This document shows positions 9,085 through 18,194 of a stretch of DNA of 64,000 bases, piece after piece. The first letter of the stretch is position 1, and each line of letters begins with the position of its first letter. The stretch is from Sedimentisphaerales bacterium (lineage in GTDB: Bacteria; Planctomycetota; Phycisphaerae; Sedimentisphaerales; Anaerobacaceae). The translations under genes were made by a program, and so were the position numbers. The notes below the pieces were generated by a model that saw nothing but the letters and a program-made list of their open reading frames with translations, ran no database searches and had not been told where the DNA came from. Location: assembly GCA_963708075.1 (NCBI GenBank), contig OY970194.1:6592001-6656000 (forward strand), read 5' to 3'.

Positions 9085-11094
9085 TCACAGGATGCCGTTG
9101 ACGCTGGTGAAGAGGGTTTCGAATCTTTCGAAGGCTTCGTCGGCGCCGGGCAGTTTCTGGATTTTTCTGTGGTTGCTGCGGAACAGGAATTCGGCCGGGA
9201 TCATCGGGTCGAAGTTGACGGGTTTCACCTGGCCGGTGGCGAAGGCACTGTGCACGATCTTCAGGACAGGCTCGTCGGTGACGGCGGCCACCGTGCGCGA
9301 CAGCCTGTGCCTGCGAGGCAATCCAAAGGATTGGTCCGTCAGTGCCAGGTACATTCGCGGGCCGATCAGGTCCTCGACCGTGCTCGTGGCCGGTTCGGCG
9401 TACTTGTGCAGCGGGAAGACGTGGCACCGTTCGAGCATGCGGGAGACCTCTCGATGCTCGGTGATCTCCGGGCGAACCTCGGAAAGACTCAGCAGCACGG
9501 CAAAGCCCGAAGCGTCGTTGGCCAGCAGACCCGCCAGGGTCGCCAGCCGGACGAGATCGCCGCACGGGACGATGGTCCAGGCCGGGTGCAGACCGGTCCT
9601 GCCTCGCTCGTTCAGGCGCGCGGAGAACCACTGGAGGTACAGCACATCCGCGGGCTTTTCCACCAGCAGCAGTTTCTTCGCCGCCGTCAGGTCCTGCATG
9701 ATCCGATATCCCAGCGACGCCTGAAGCGGCAGCAGGGTGTCATGGTCCATGCTGAGGACTTCATCGCCCACCTTTGTGCCCAGATACTCCAGCCTGCCGT
9801 CCGGCGTCTGCCGAGTCACCTCCTCAACTGTGCGAACCCACTGCATCCTCTCCGGATCGATCATGAACGGAGAGTGCGTCGCGTAAAGCACCTGGTACTG
9901 AGAGACCAGTCGCTCGCGGATGTATCGAAGCAGGTCCCACTGCGCCTTGGCGTGCAGGCCGAGCCCGGGATCATCCAGGAGGATGATGAGGTTGTCGCCG
10001 TAACGCCTGCGGACGCCGGCGTACCAGACCAGGAAGGAGAAGAACCAGACGAACCCGGTGCTGCGCTCCGAAAAGTTGAGGGACAGATCGGTTCTCGTAT
10101 TGACGATGCGGGTCTCGAAGACCAGCCCGCGGTCCATGGGCGACGGATCGCCCGGGCGGGCGGGGTAGAGATGGAAGCTGACCCTCAGGTCCCGCTCCTG
10201 ACTCCAGTACTTGGCGATCTCGACGGTGATGGGCCGGGCGGCGTCTTCCAGGTCCGCGATGAGCTCCTCCGACCGCTCGATACTGGTCAGTGCCTCCACC
10301 GAGGTGCCCCCGAGTTCCAGCAGCGCGAGGAAGACCCGGTCCGGGCCCGTGAGGTCGCCCTTCTTTCGTCTCTCCAGCAGCGCATCGATCGAGATGCGTC
10401 CATCCATAATGTGCCATTCGGAGAAGTACAGGAGCTTGGGCAGCAGCGCTCCCACGTGCTGCTCAAAGCATGCATTGTCGGCAGGAACAGGGTCGGCAGG
10501 CGGCGTCGGCATTGTCCGCGACGGGCTCTCGATGGAGCTTCGCTCCTCCTCGACTTCCGGCGTCTCCGTCTCCTTGGCAACATCCTGGATCTGTCTCAGA
10601 CTCCTCACAGCCTCCTCCAACATCCGAGAGCGATCGTCCAGATCGTCCGCGGTCTGCGCCGGCTGCGGGTCATGCGGCACATTCATCGATCGGCTGACGG
10701 ATGCGTTCATCGCTGTGAGCGAGCCGGTCCATCGGCGCCCGGGATAGTACCCTTTCTCTACGACTATGGTGCGGGATTTGACCGCGCCGGGGCCGAGGAT
10801 GCTCTCCAGCTTCTCGACATCCTTGTCCTCCAGCTCCCACGTGGTGATCAGGGCATCATCCGGCTCGCGATTGGGCTGCTTCTGATACTCGCGGCGGCGG
10901 GCCCGCGGATACTCCATCAGGACGTCGAAATTGGCCAGTTCATCGACATCCGGATTCAGCTTATAGAGTGCTTCCAGAAGCGAGGTCTTGCCGGCGCCGT
11001 TCTTGCCGACAAAGGCCGTTACCGGGCTGACGCTGAATTCCGTGGAATCCTCGATACAACGAAAGTTCTTGACTTGCATCCGTCGCAGCTTCAT
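9085..11094 (-). CDS. OLD-family-like ABC/AAA ATPase with degenerate TOPRIM region
   Basis: MKLRRMQVKNFRCIED, Walker A GKNGAGKTS, signature-like ERSTGFVWFFSF, Walker B LLDDP, H-loop ATHSPF, TOPRIM-like LLVEKPAD. Confidence 0.8.
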   Translation of the reverse strand: MKLRRMQVKNFRCIEDSTEFSVSPVTAFVGKNGAGKTSLLEALYKLNPDVDELANFDVLMEYPRARRREYQKQPNREPDDALITTWELEDKDVEKLESILGPGAVKSRTIVVEKGYYPGRRWTGSLTAMNASVSRSMNVPHDPQPAQTADDLDDRSRMLEEAVRSLRQIQDVAKETETPEVEEERSSIESPSRTMPTPPADPVPADNACFEQHVGALLPKLLYFSEWHIMDGRISIDALLERRKKGDLTGPDRVFLALLELGGTSVEALTSIERSEELIADLEDAARPITVEIAKYWSQERDLRVSFHLYPARPGDPSPMDRGLVFETRIVNTRTDLSLNFSERSTGFVWFFSFLVWYAGVRRRYGDNLIILLDDPGLGLHAKAQWDLLRYIRERLVSQYQVLYATHSPFMIDPERMQWVRTVEEVTRQTPDGRLEYLGTKVGDEVLSMDHDTLLPLQASLGYRIMQDLTAAKKLLLVEKPADVLYLQWFSARLNERGRTGLHPAWTIVPCGDLVRLATLAGLLANDASGFAVLLSLSEVRPEITEHREVSRMLERCHVFPLHKYAEPATSTVEDLIGPRMYLALTDQSFGLPRRHRLSRTVAAVTDEPVLKIVHSAFATGQVKPVNFDPMIPAEFLFRSNHRKIQKLPGADEAFERFETLFTSVNGIL

Positions 11095-11286
11095 GACTGC
11101 ATTCCTCCACTGAGGTGTATATTCGCCTTTCGCCCCAGCCGACTTGCCAATCGTTCGCTATCCTAACAGGGGCTTCCGCATCCGTCAAATGCATGTCATT
11201 CATATTTTACTCTATAGCGCCCGGATGACGGTGAAATCCGGGTGGCGAATGGGATGAAGTCAGCCGGTGATCGACGAACGCGGCGC

Positions 11287-12345
11287 CTACTGACCCTCGA
11301 ACGAGTGCTGATCGGCCACGTTCAGCCCGGCCAACTCGGCCATGGCTTCCCATGTCAGGGCCGGACTATCGCTCTCTTTGTGATCGGCTGTCATATGCGT
11401 GGGGATACACAGCACTTCCATTTCCATGCCCGCGGGGCTCTCGATGTCCGCGCCGTCGGCCGGGAGGCACGTGAGATAGAAAGTAGTATCGTGGGTCGTG
11501 CCTTGCGGATCTTTGTGTGTCAGTCTTACGGCCAGCTCATCGTCCTGCTCGACGATCTCGACCTGTGCCGGCTCACCTGGCCCCGTATCGCTCATCTTTT
11601 CGAGCCATTCGCCGAGCGACAGACCCAGGAGAGTGATCTGTCCATCGAGCTCTCTCGCCAGTTGCCGGTTTCGGAATTCCTCAAGCTCGTCCGATTCGCT
11701 CTGCTTGTCTTGAAACGGCGGCAGGGGTGCGATTCCGGGCAGGCCGGACTGCGTCTTGACCAGCACCGCGCCGTCCCGGAAAACGACGCAGATGTGCGAG
11801 TCGTCCGGATTGGCCCAAACGTACACCTGGTTCGCCGCCCCATCAAAATAGGAACTGCTGAGCTGTTCGCCCTGCGCGCCGAGAAGGTCGGCCACTTGGC
11901 GATAGGTCATGCCTTTTTGAATCTGAGTGTACATGGAGCTCGTGAAGGTCAGGTCCGCGGCAGGAGGCGTCTGAGGGGCTTCGGCCTCCTGCGACGCCGT
12001 GGTATCGACAGCGTTCGCGTCAGGCGCGGGCACGTCGTCAGGGGATTGGCCGGCGGGTTGGACCGGCGGCTTCAGCCTGGTAAACGTGTACGCAATATCC
12101 TGACCCGAGACTCGGACTTCAATGCTGCTTTGTATGCCGTTCAGCAGCAGGGCGAATCCTTCGTAGGTTCCATCCGCCCTTTCCATCAGCATCACGGACC
12201 GGCAGCAGTCGTACATGCGCTCATTGATGTGAGCTTTGACGCGCTCCTGCAACTCGGTTCTGCTGATGCCTTGTGCACAGGATGTATTGGCTCCGAGCCA
12301 GCCAACCAACGCTAACGCCATTGCGGTATACATGGGTCTACGCAT
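11287..12345 (-). CDS. Secreted protein with DUF3862/BLIP-like (SmpA/BamE-like) domain
   Basis: Signal peptide; YTQIQKGMTYRQVADLLG...VYVWAN...VVFRDGAVLVKTQSGL. Confidence 0.6.
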   Translation of the reverse strand: MRRPMYTAMALALVGWLGANTSCAQGISRTELQERVKAHINERMYDCCRSVMLMERADGTYEGFALLLNGIQSSIEVRVSGQDIAYTFTRLKPPVQPAGQSPDDVPAPDANAVDTTASQEAEAPQTPPAADLTFTSSMYTQIQKGMTYRQVADLLGAQGEQLSSSYFDGAANQVYVWANPDDSHICVVFRDGAVLVKTQSGLPGIAPLPPFQDKQSESDELEEFRNRQLARELDGQITLLGLSLGEWLEKMSDTGPGEPAQVEIVEQDDELAVRLTHKDPQGTTHDTTFYLTCLPADGADIESPAGMEMEVLCIPTHMTADHKESDSPALTWEAMAELAGLNVADQHSFEGQ

Positions 12346-12504
12346 AGCACGTCATCCTATAACAAGTGAAATCATCCTGTCAGTTGCTGAATGGACCCCA
12401 TTATACCATCGGCCGACCTGTTCTTGTCTCGCAAGTGCATCGCTGGTATAGTGGCGCTATATTCCTCGTTCTTGTAGGCCGCAAATGCAAAGGAGGTTCA
12501 GATC

Positions 12505-13452
12505 ATGGGCAACGAGTACAGCATATCCCGGCGGAGTTTCTTGAAAACGTCAGTGGTCGGTGCAGTGGTCGCAGCAACAGTCGGCAGGAATTCCGCGATG
12601 GCTGCACAAGGCGGCACATTGCGGCTGGGCGGGCCGGTCTTTGAGAAGGTCCAGGACTCGCAGGGCTGGGTCGACGCGGTCAAGAAACTGGGCTATTCCG
12701 CCGCGTATTGCCCCGTTGGACCTGATGCCGGCGACGACGTGGTCCGGGCCTACGAGGAGGCCGCGGCTAAGGCGGGCATCATCATTGCCGAAGTCGGGGC
12801 GTGGAGCAATCCGATCAGCCCGGATGAGCCGACACGCAAGGCTGCTCTGGAGAAATGCCGCACGAGCTTGGCCCTGGCCGACCGTATCGGGGCCCGCTGC
12901 TGCGTCAATATCGCAGGCACCCGCAGCACGCAGTGGGATGGTCCCGATGCCGCCAATTTCACGCAGGGAACGTTCGATATGATTGTCGAAACGACGCGGT
13001 CGATCATCGATGCTGTCAAGCCGACGCGGACGTATTTCACCCTGGAGATGATGCCCTGGGCCTATCCCGACTCGCCGGACTCGTACGTGCAATTGCTCAA
13101 GGCAATCGACCGCAAGCAGTTCGCCGTGCACCTCGACCCCGTGAACCTCGTGTGCAGCCCGCAGCGATACTACGGCAACGGCCGGCTCATCCGCGAGTGT
13201 TTTGAGAAGCTCGGCCCTTACATCCGGAGCTGCCACGCAAAAGACATCCTCCTGCATCCGAAGCTCACAACGCATCTCGACGAGGCGCTGCCGGGCACAG
13301 GCGGTCTGGACTATGCCACATTTCTCAAGGAGCTGAACAAACTGCCCGGCACGCCTTTGATGCTGGAACACCTGTCCAAGGCCGAGGACTACGTCCAGGC
13401 CGCCGACTACATCCGACGTGTCGCGAAACAACTGGAGTTGTCATTCGCCTGA
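12505..13452 (+). CDS. Tat-exported sugar phosphate isomerase/epimerase (xylose isomerase-like TIM barrel)
   Basis: SRRSFLK signal; LEMMP, HLDPVN, CHAKD and MLEH metal-binding motifs. Confidence 0.85.
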   Translation: MGNEYSISRRSFLKTSVVGAVVAATVGRNSAMAAQGGTLRLGGPVFEKVQDSQGWVDAVKKLGYSAAYCPVGPDAGDDVVRAYEEAAAKAGIIIAEVGAWSNPISPDEPTRKAALEKCRTSLALADRIGARCCVNIAGTRSTQWDGPDAANFTQGTFDMIVETTRSIIDAVKPTRTYFTLEMMPWAYPDSPDSYVQLLKAIDRKQFAVHLDPVNLVCSPQRYYGNGRLIRECFEKLGPYIRSCHAKDILLHPKLTTHLDEALPGTGGLDYATFLKELNKLPGTPLMLEHLSKAEDYVQAADYIRRVAKQLELSFA

Positions 13453-13475
13453 TGGCCACCCCGGGTCAGCGGCGC

Positions 13476-13671
13476 GGGTGCGACTACATTTCGTGGGCCC
13501 CGATGGCTTCGCAGGGCGGGCGAGGACGCCCACCCTGCGCCCGGAGCCGTCGGCGCTCTTCGTAGGTCGTGCGTCCCCGCACGACTCTTTTGGCATTGAG
13601 TGGATACAGGTCGAAACGCACGGTTTCTCACCCGGCCGGCAGAATCTCCCCCACGAAATTTAGTCGCACAC
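13476..13671. mobile_element. MITE-like element, copy B (196 bp), 8-bp TSD AGCGGCGC
   Basis: TIRs GGGTGCGACTACATTTCGTGGG / CCCACGAAATTTAGTCGCACAC (20/22). AGCGGCGC at 13468-13475 and 13672-13679. Same ends as the 4340-4533 element. Confidence 0.9.
13511..13585. repeat. Two GTAG-type REP hairpins inside MITE copy B
   Basis: GCAGGGCGGGCGAGGACGCCCACCCTGC (13511-13538) and GTAGGTCGTGCGTCCCCGCACGAC (13562-13585). Confidence 0.7.
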
Positions 13672-13678
13672 AGCGGCG

Positions 13679-13760
13679 CCGGGCGCCATGTCTACGCTGC
13701 GTAGACATGTCCGACCAGATGCCCATAGCATGCTTACGCGAGCGTAAGCATGGCGCCCGG
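13679..13760. repeat. REPIN-like doublet, GGG(C/T)GCCATG family, copy 1
   Basis: CCGGGCGCCATG...CATGGCGCCCGG with internal hairpins CATGTCTACGC-T-GCGTAGACATG and CATGCTTACGC-GA-GCGTAAGCATG; abuts the dinB stop. Confidence 0.85.
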
Positions 13761-13761
13761 A

Positions 13762-14948
13762 TCAGGCAGTGCCGGGGTTCTCGTGGGTCGATCCGCCGCG
13801 GTGGGCGGCGTGCTTGCCGTAACGGTCGCGGATCTTGTCCACGACCTGGTCGAGGCGCTTGAGCTTCTCCTGTTCGGGGTCGCGAAAGAGCAGTTGCTGG
13901 CCGGCCTGCTCCGGCGTCAGGCCGGATACGCCGAAGCCAAGCAGACGCAGCGGACCGCCGGAGCGGGCGTGCCATTGGCGAAAGACGTGCTCCGCCGTTG
14001 CCCACAGGGTCTTGGTGACGTTTGTCGCCTCGCTCAAGGTATCGCTGCGCGTCACCGTGCGGAAGTCGCCATACCGCAGCTTCAGTGTGACCGTCCGAGC
14101 CTTGAGTCTCTCCTGGCGCAGCGCTGCGCGACCTCCTCCACCTGTTCAAGCAGCACGGCCAGCAGTATCGCCGCATCGCTGATGTCCGTCGCGAACGTCT
14201 GTTCGCTCGACAGGCTCTTGCACTGGCGGTCCGGCTCGACGTCCCTGTCGTCCTCGCCCCGGGCCAGCCGCTGCAGGTCGTCGGCTCCGTTGCCGACGAT
14301 CCTCTGGAGTTCCTCCAGGCTGCTTTGGCGAAGTTGGCCGATCGTGTGAATGCCGTGTGATTTCAGGGCCTTCTCCGTAACCTGGCCGACGCCCCAGATC
14401 TTGCCGACCGCAAGCGGATCGAGAATCTGCTGCTTGTTCTGTTCCGTAATCACCACGAAGCCATCGGGTTTCTTCAGGTCCGACGCCAGCTTGGCGAGGA
14501 ACTTGTTCGGCGCGATCCCGACCGAGGCGGTCAGATGCGTCTGCTCGAGGATTTCCTTTTTGATGGCTCGGCCGATTGTCTCTGTGCTGCCGAAGAGATC
14601 GGTGCTGTCGGTGACGTCGAGAAAGGCCTCATCGAGCGAGATCGGCTCCACGAGGGGCGTGTACTTCTCGAAGATCGCGCGGATGATATGCGAGACCTCC
14701 GCGTACCGGTCCATCCGGACGGGCAGCAGGACGGCATGGGGACAACATCGGATCGCCTGGGCCGTCGGCATGGCGCTGTGGACACCGAACTTGCGGGCCT
14801 CGTAGGACGCGGCGCTGACCACGCCCCGGCTGCGCGCGTCGCCGCCCACGATGACGGCTTTGCCCTTGAGCTCCGGGTGGTCGTGCTGCTCCACCGAAGC
14901 GTAAAACGCGTCCATATCGACGTGAATGATCTCACGGGCCTTGCTCAT
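13762..14948 (-). CDS. dinB: DNA polymerase IV (frameshift at ~14120)
   Basis: IIHVDMDAFYASVEQ, SAASYEARKFGVHSAM, SLDEAFLD, NKFLAKLASD. Little-finger domain TVTLKLRYGDF...LRLLGFGVS continues in the shifted frame. Confidence 0.95.
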
Positions 14949-15079
14949 GACTTCACCGGGATACCATCATTGCTGATCATTGTACCAAAGTTCAGGTCCC
15001 GCGGACAGACTGTTTGATGTTTCGTGGCCTGGGAGGTATGCTTGAGCCCGATTATGACCCGGATGTCTCGGAGAAACTG

Positions 15080-17221
15080 ATGAACCCGCAAACGCCGTAC
15101 AACATGTCCTTACGATTCAGAATTCATGCGATCTGCCTGCTGGTGGCACTCGGTCTGCTCTGCGTGGGGCGAGCGGGTGCCCAGTCCAGTCTGAAGGTCG
15201 TTCTGCCGGAATGCGGACACCCGCATCTGGCGTGTACGGCCGAGGAACTGGGGCGGTTGCGGCAGGCATATCGCGGCCAGGGCGCCGAGCATGACGTCGT
15301 CGCCGCTTATGTGACGGATGCGGAGCGATTCATCACCGACCCGATCAACTTCCCGCCGCGAGGTGGTCAGCACAATCAATGGTATCAATGCGACAAATGC
15401 CAGGTGGCGCTGCGGACGATTGACGCGACTCATCATGAGTGCCGCAAGTGCAAGAAGGTCTACTCCGGGCCGCCGTATGACGATGTGATCTTTGCGCACG
15501 AGCATAGCCGCAATCTTCAGCGGATGACGACTGCCGCCTGGGCGTATGCGATCTCGGGCGACAGGAAATTCGCCGGATACGCCGCCAGGGTCCTGCTTGG
15601 CTATGCGGAGCGATACTCGCAATACCCTTATCACGACAACTCGTTGAAAACGAACCCAGCCGAGATGGGCAAGTCGGGCGGACACCTGTTCGAGCAGACG
15701 CTGAACGAGGCGGCGAGCATGGCGACCAGCATCGGCCCGGCGTACGACCTGATCCACGACTGTAACGCGCTATCGGCATCCGATCACCGGAAGATTCGCG
15801 AGGGCCTGCTGCTGCCCGTGCTCAGGAACATCGACAAGCACAAGGCAGGCAAGAGCAACTGGCAGACGTGGCACAACGCCGCGATGCTCTGGGGCGGGGC
15901 GCTGGTGCACGATCCGAACTGGGTCCGGAAGGCGGTCGCGGACGAGCGGAACGGGTTCTATTACCAGATGGATGCCTCCGTCTCAAAGGAGGGGATGTGG
16001 TATGAGAATAGTTGGGGGTATCACTTCTACACGCTCAGTGCGTTGATTGAGATGGCTGAGACGGCCCGGCGGCTGAACATAGACTTGTGGGACCACGAGC
16101 GGCTCAAGAAGATGTTCACGCTGCCGGTCTACTATGCGATGGGCGACGGGATGCTCCCGCGGTTCGGGGACGATGTCAATTCATCCGTCAGGCGGGTCGG
16201 CCGCATGTTCGAGCCCGCCTACCACGTCTATCGAGACCCGCAGCTTCTGCCGCTGCTGAGCAACAGACCAGGTTTCGAGAGCGTCCTCCTGGGACGACCC
16301 ACCCAGGCATCCGCCGAGTTGCCCGCACTACAGAGTATGGTCTTTGAGGAGGCGGGACACGCAATTCTGAGGGGGCCGGGCCCGGCGGGACTGACGGCGG
16401 CGATGACATTCGGACCCTACGGCGGTTTTCATGGGCACTACGATAAGCTGAGCTTCGTCCTCTTTGGCTTCGGCAGGGAGCTTGGCGTCGATCCTGGCCG
16501 AGCCGCCAGCCAGGCCTACCGCCTGCCCATCCATTCGAATTGGTACAAGGCCACGATTTCGCACAACACCGTACTGGTGGACGGGCGAAGCCAGAAGCCG
16601 GCCGCCGGCAAGCTGGAGCTATTCGATCGCAAGGATGGTTACACCGCCGTGGCGGCAAGCTGCCTGGAGGCTTACCCCGGCGTGACACATAAACGCCTGC
16701 TCTTTATCACCGACGCCTACCTGCTCGTCCTTGATGAGCTGCGCTCGGATGCCGATCGCCGGTTCGACTGGCTGTACCACAGCAAGGGCGCTCGCGTGGT
16801 TTGTGACCAGGCTCAGGACAGCGCAGCCCCGGCGGCGGACTACGCGGGCGGCGAGTACATCCAGAATCCCAGGCGGGGCACAACCGGTGAGCCGGTTCGT
16901 GCGCGGTTTGAGGATGGGAACGTGACGACGTACCTGACCATGGCCGGCTCGGCCGACACGATGGTAACAACCGGCGATGGGGTGGGCGCTTCGGTGGATG
17001 ACCGGGTCCCCATGGTCATTGTCGGCAGAAACGGCCGGGACATGCGTTTCGCGGCGGTCCTGGAGCCCGTGCGGGCCGGGGTGCAGCCGCAGGTTGTCGG
17101 CGTTCGGCTTGAGGAAACCCCCGATGGCTTGGCGGTCGCTGTGCAGCTTGACGGCCGCACAGATACCGTCAAAACACGCCCGGAGGGTGGGATTTCCGCT
17201 ACCCTGTCGCAAAAACCGTGA
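15080..17221 (+). CDS. Alginate lyase / heparinase II/III-like polysaccharide lyase
   Basis: Signal peptide; SNWQTWHN, EGMWYENSWGYHFY, PRFGD, HGHYDKL, HNTVLVDG. Confidence 0.8.
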   Translation: MNPQTPYNMSLRFRIHAICLLVALGLLCVGRAGAQSSLKVVLPECGHPHLACTAEELGRLRQAYRGQGAEHDVVAAYVTDAERFITDPINFPPRGGQHNQWYQCDKCQVALRTIDATHHECRKCKKVYSGPPYDDVIFAHEHSRNLQRMTTAAWAYAISGDRKFAGYAARVLLGYAERYSQYPYHDNSLKTNPAEMGKSGGHLFEQTLNEAASMATSIGPAYDLIHDCNALSASDHRKIREGLLLPVLRNIDKHKAGKSNWQTWHNAAMLWGGALVHDPNWVRKAVADERNGFYYQMDASVSKEGMWYENSWGYHFYTLSALIEMAETARRLNIDLWDHERLKKMFTLPVYYAMGDGMLPRFGDDVNSSVRRVGRMFEPAYHVYRDPQLLPLLSNRPGFESVLLGRPTQASAELPALQSMVFEEAGHAILRGPGPAGLTAAMTFGPYGGFHGHYDKLSFVLFGFGRELGVDPGRAASQAYRLPIHSNWYKATISHNTVLVDGRSQKPAAGKLELFDRKDGYTAVAASCLEAYPGVTHKRLLFITDAYLLVLDELRSDADRRFDWLYHSKGARVVCDQAQDSAAPAADYAGGEYIQNPRRGTTGEPVRARFEDGNVTTYLTMAGSADTMVTTGDGVGASVDDRVPMVIVGRNGRDMRFAAVLEPVRAGVQPQVVGVRLEETPDGLAVAVQLDGRTDTVKTRPEGGISATLSQKP

Positions 17222-17239
17222 TATTTCGCGTCCCGGACG

Positions 17240-17268
17240 TTGCAGCATTGGCATGGTCGCGGTAGAAT
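17240..17268 (+). promoter_or_regulatory. Putative sigma70 promoter of the prepilin gene
   Basis: TTGCAG-17 nt-TAGAAT. Confidence 0.45.
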
Positions 17269-17371
17269 ATGGTAAGAATTTGGGAACATACGCCCATCCC
17301 TGTGCATCTTATACCTGACCAGGGAAAAGGTGCCGGACCTGGGAACACAGGGTCTTGAGAGGAGCATGGTT

Positions 17372-18187
17372 ATGAGCACGCGAAGAGCGTTCACGCTGAT
17401 TGAGCTGCTGGTTGTCATTGCCATTATCGCACTTCTCATGGCAATTCTCATGCCCTCGCTGCAGCGGGCGCGAGAGCAGGGCAAACGAGCCGCTTGTGAG
17501 AGCAACCTCAAGCAGTTGACGCTGGCTTGGATCATGTACGCCGATGAGAACGACGACAAGCTCGTCAACGGCGCCGCCGGAAACGGTTGGCAGGCATTCA
17601 GTGCGTATGACCCTCAGAAGCACACGAACGAGAACCCCTGGGTGTGGCAGTGCTGGGCTAGTGATTGGGCGTCGGGCGGACAGATGCCGGTGGAGGATCA
17701 GAAAAAAGCGATCATGGCGGGGGCCCTCTGGCCCATCGTGAAGCAGTATAATCTCTACAGTTGTCCCACGGGGACGCGGGGCGAGATGGTGACCTACGCC
17801 CTTATGTTCTCCATGAACGCCATTCACTACGATTGGATCAAGGGCGTGAAAGGTGCCTATGTCAAGAGACGCAGTGAAGTTCGTCCGAATCCGGCGTTGA
17901 GACTGGCGTACATTGACGAGGGCTGGGTGTCGCCCGATGCCTTTGCCGTCAACTATAATAGGGGGATATGGTGGGATGATGCGCCGGTGCGCCACGGTGA
18001 CGGAGTGACGGCCTCGTTTGTCGACGGCCACGTCGAATACAAGAAGTGGAGAGGCGCTCAGACTATAAAGACCGGTAGGGCCAGAGTACGCGGCTTCAGC
18101 GGCGGCCAGTGGGCTCCCACAACCGACCAGGAGTGGGACGATCTGCGCTGGATGCAGCGGGGCTGCTGGGGCCGCTTGGGCTATTGA
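17372..18187 (+). CDS. Prepilin-type N-terminal cleavage/methylation protein with H-X9-DG motif (PVC-type)
   Basis: [32 protein letters not shown]...CESNLKQ; C-terminal [13 protein letters not shown]. Confidence 0.92.
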   Translation: MSTRRAFTLIELLVVIAIIALLMAILMPSLQRAREQGKRAACESNLKQLTLAWIMYADENDDKLVNGAAGNGWQAFSAYDPQKHTNENPWVWQCWASDWASGGQMPVEDQKKAIMAGALWPIVKQYNLYSCPTGTRGEMVTYALMFSMNAIHYDWIKGVKGAYVKRRSEVRPNPALRLAYIDEGWVSPDAFAVNYNRGIWWDDAPVRHGDGVTASFVDGHVEYKKWRGAQTIKTGRARVRGFSGGQWAPTTDQEWDDLRWMQRGCWGRLGY

Positions 18188-18194
18188 CAGCCGC

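Noticed and set aside
4340..13671. Composite transposon formed by the two MITEs carrying the defence genes
   Set aside because: Each MITE has its own TSD and the outer flanks differ (AACGCCAT vs AGCGGCGC), so they are independent insertions.
13476..13760. CRISPR array or tRNA in the hairpin-rich intergenic regions
   Set aside because: No regularly spaced direct repeats, cas genes or cloverleaf/T-loop motifs; the structures are explained by REP/MITE elements.
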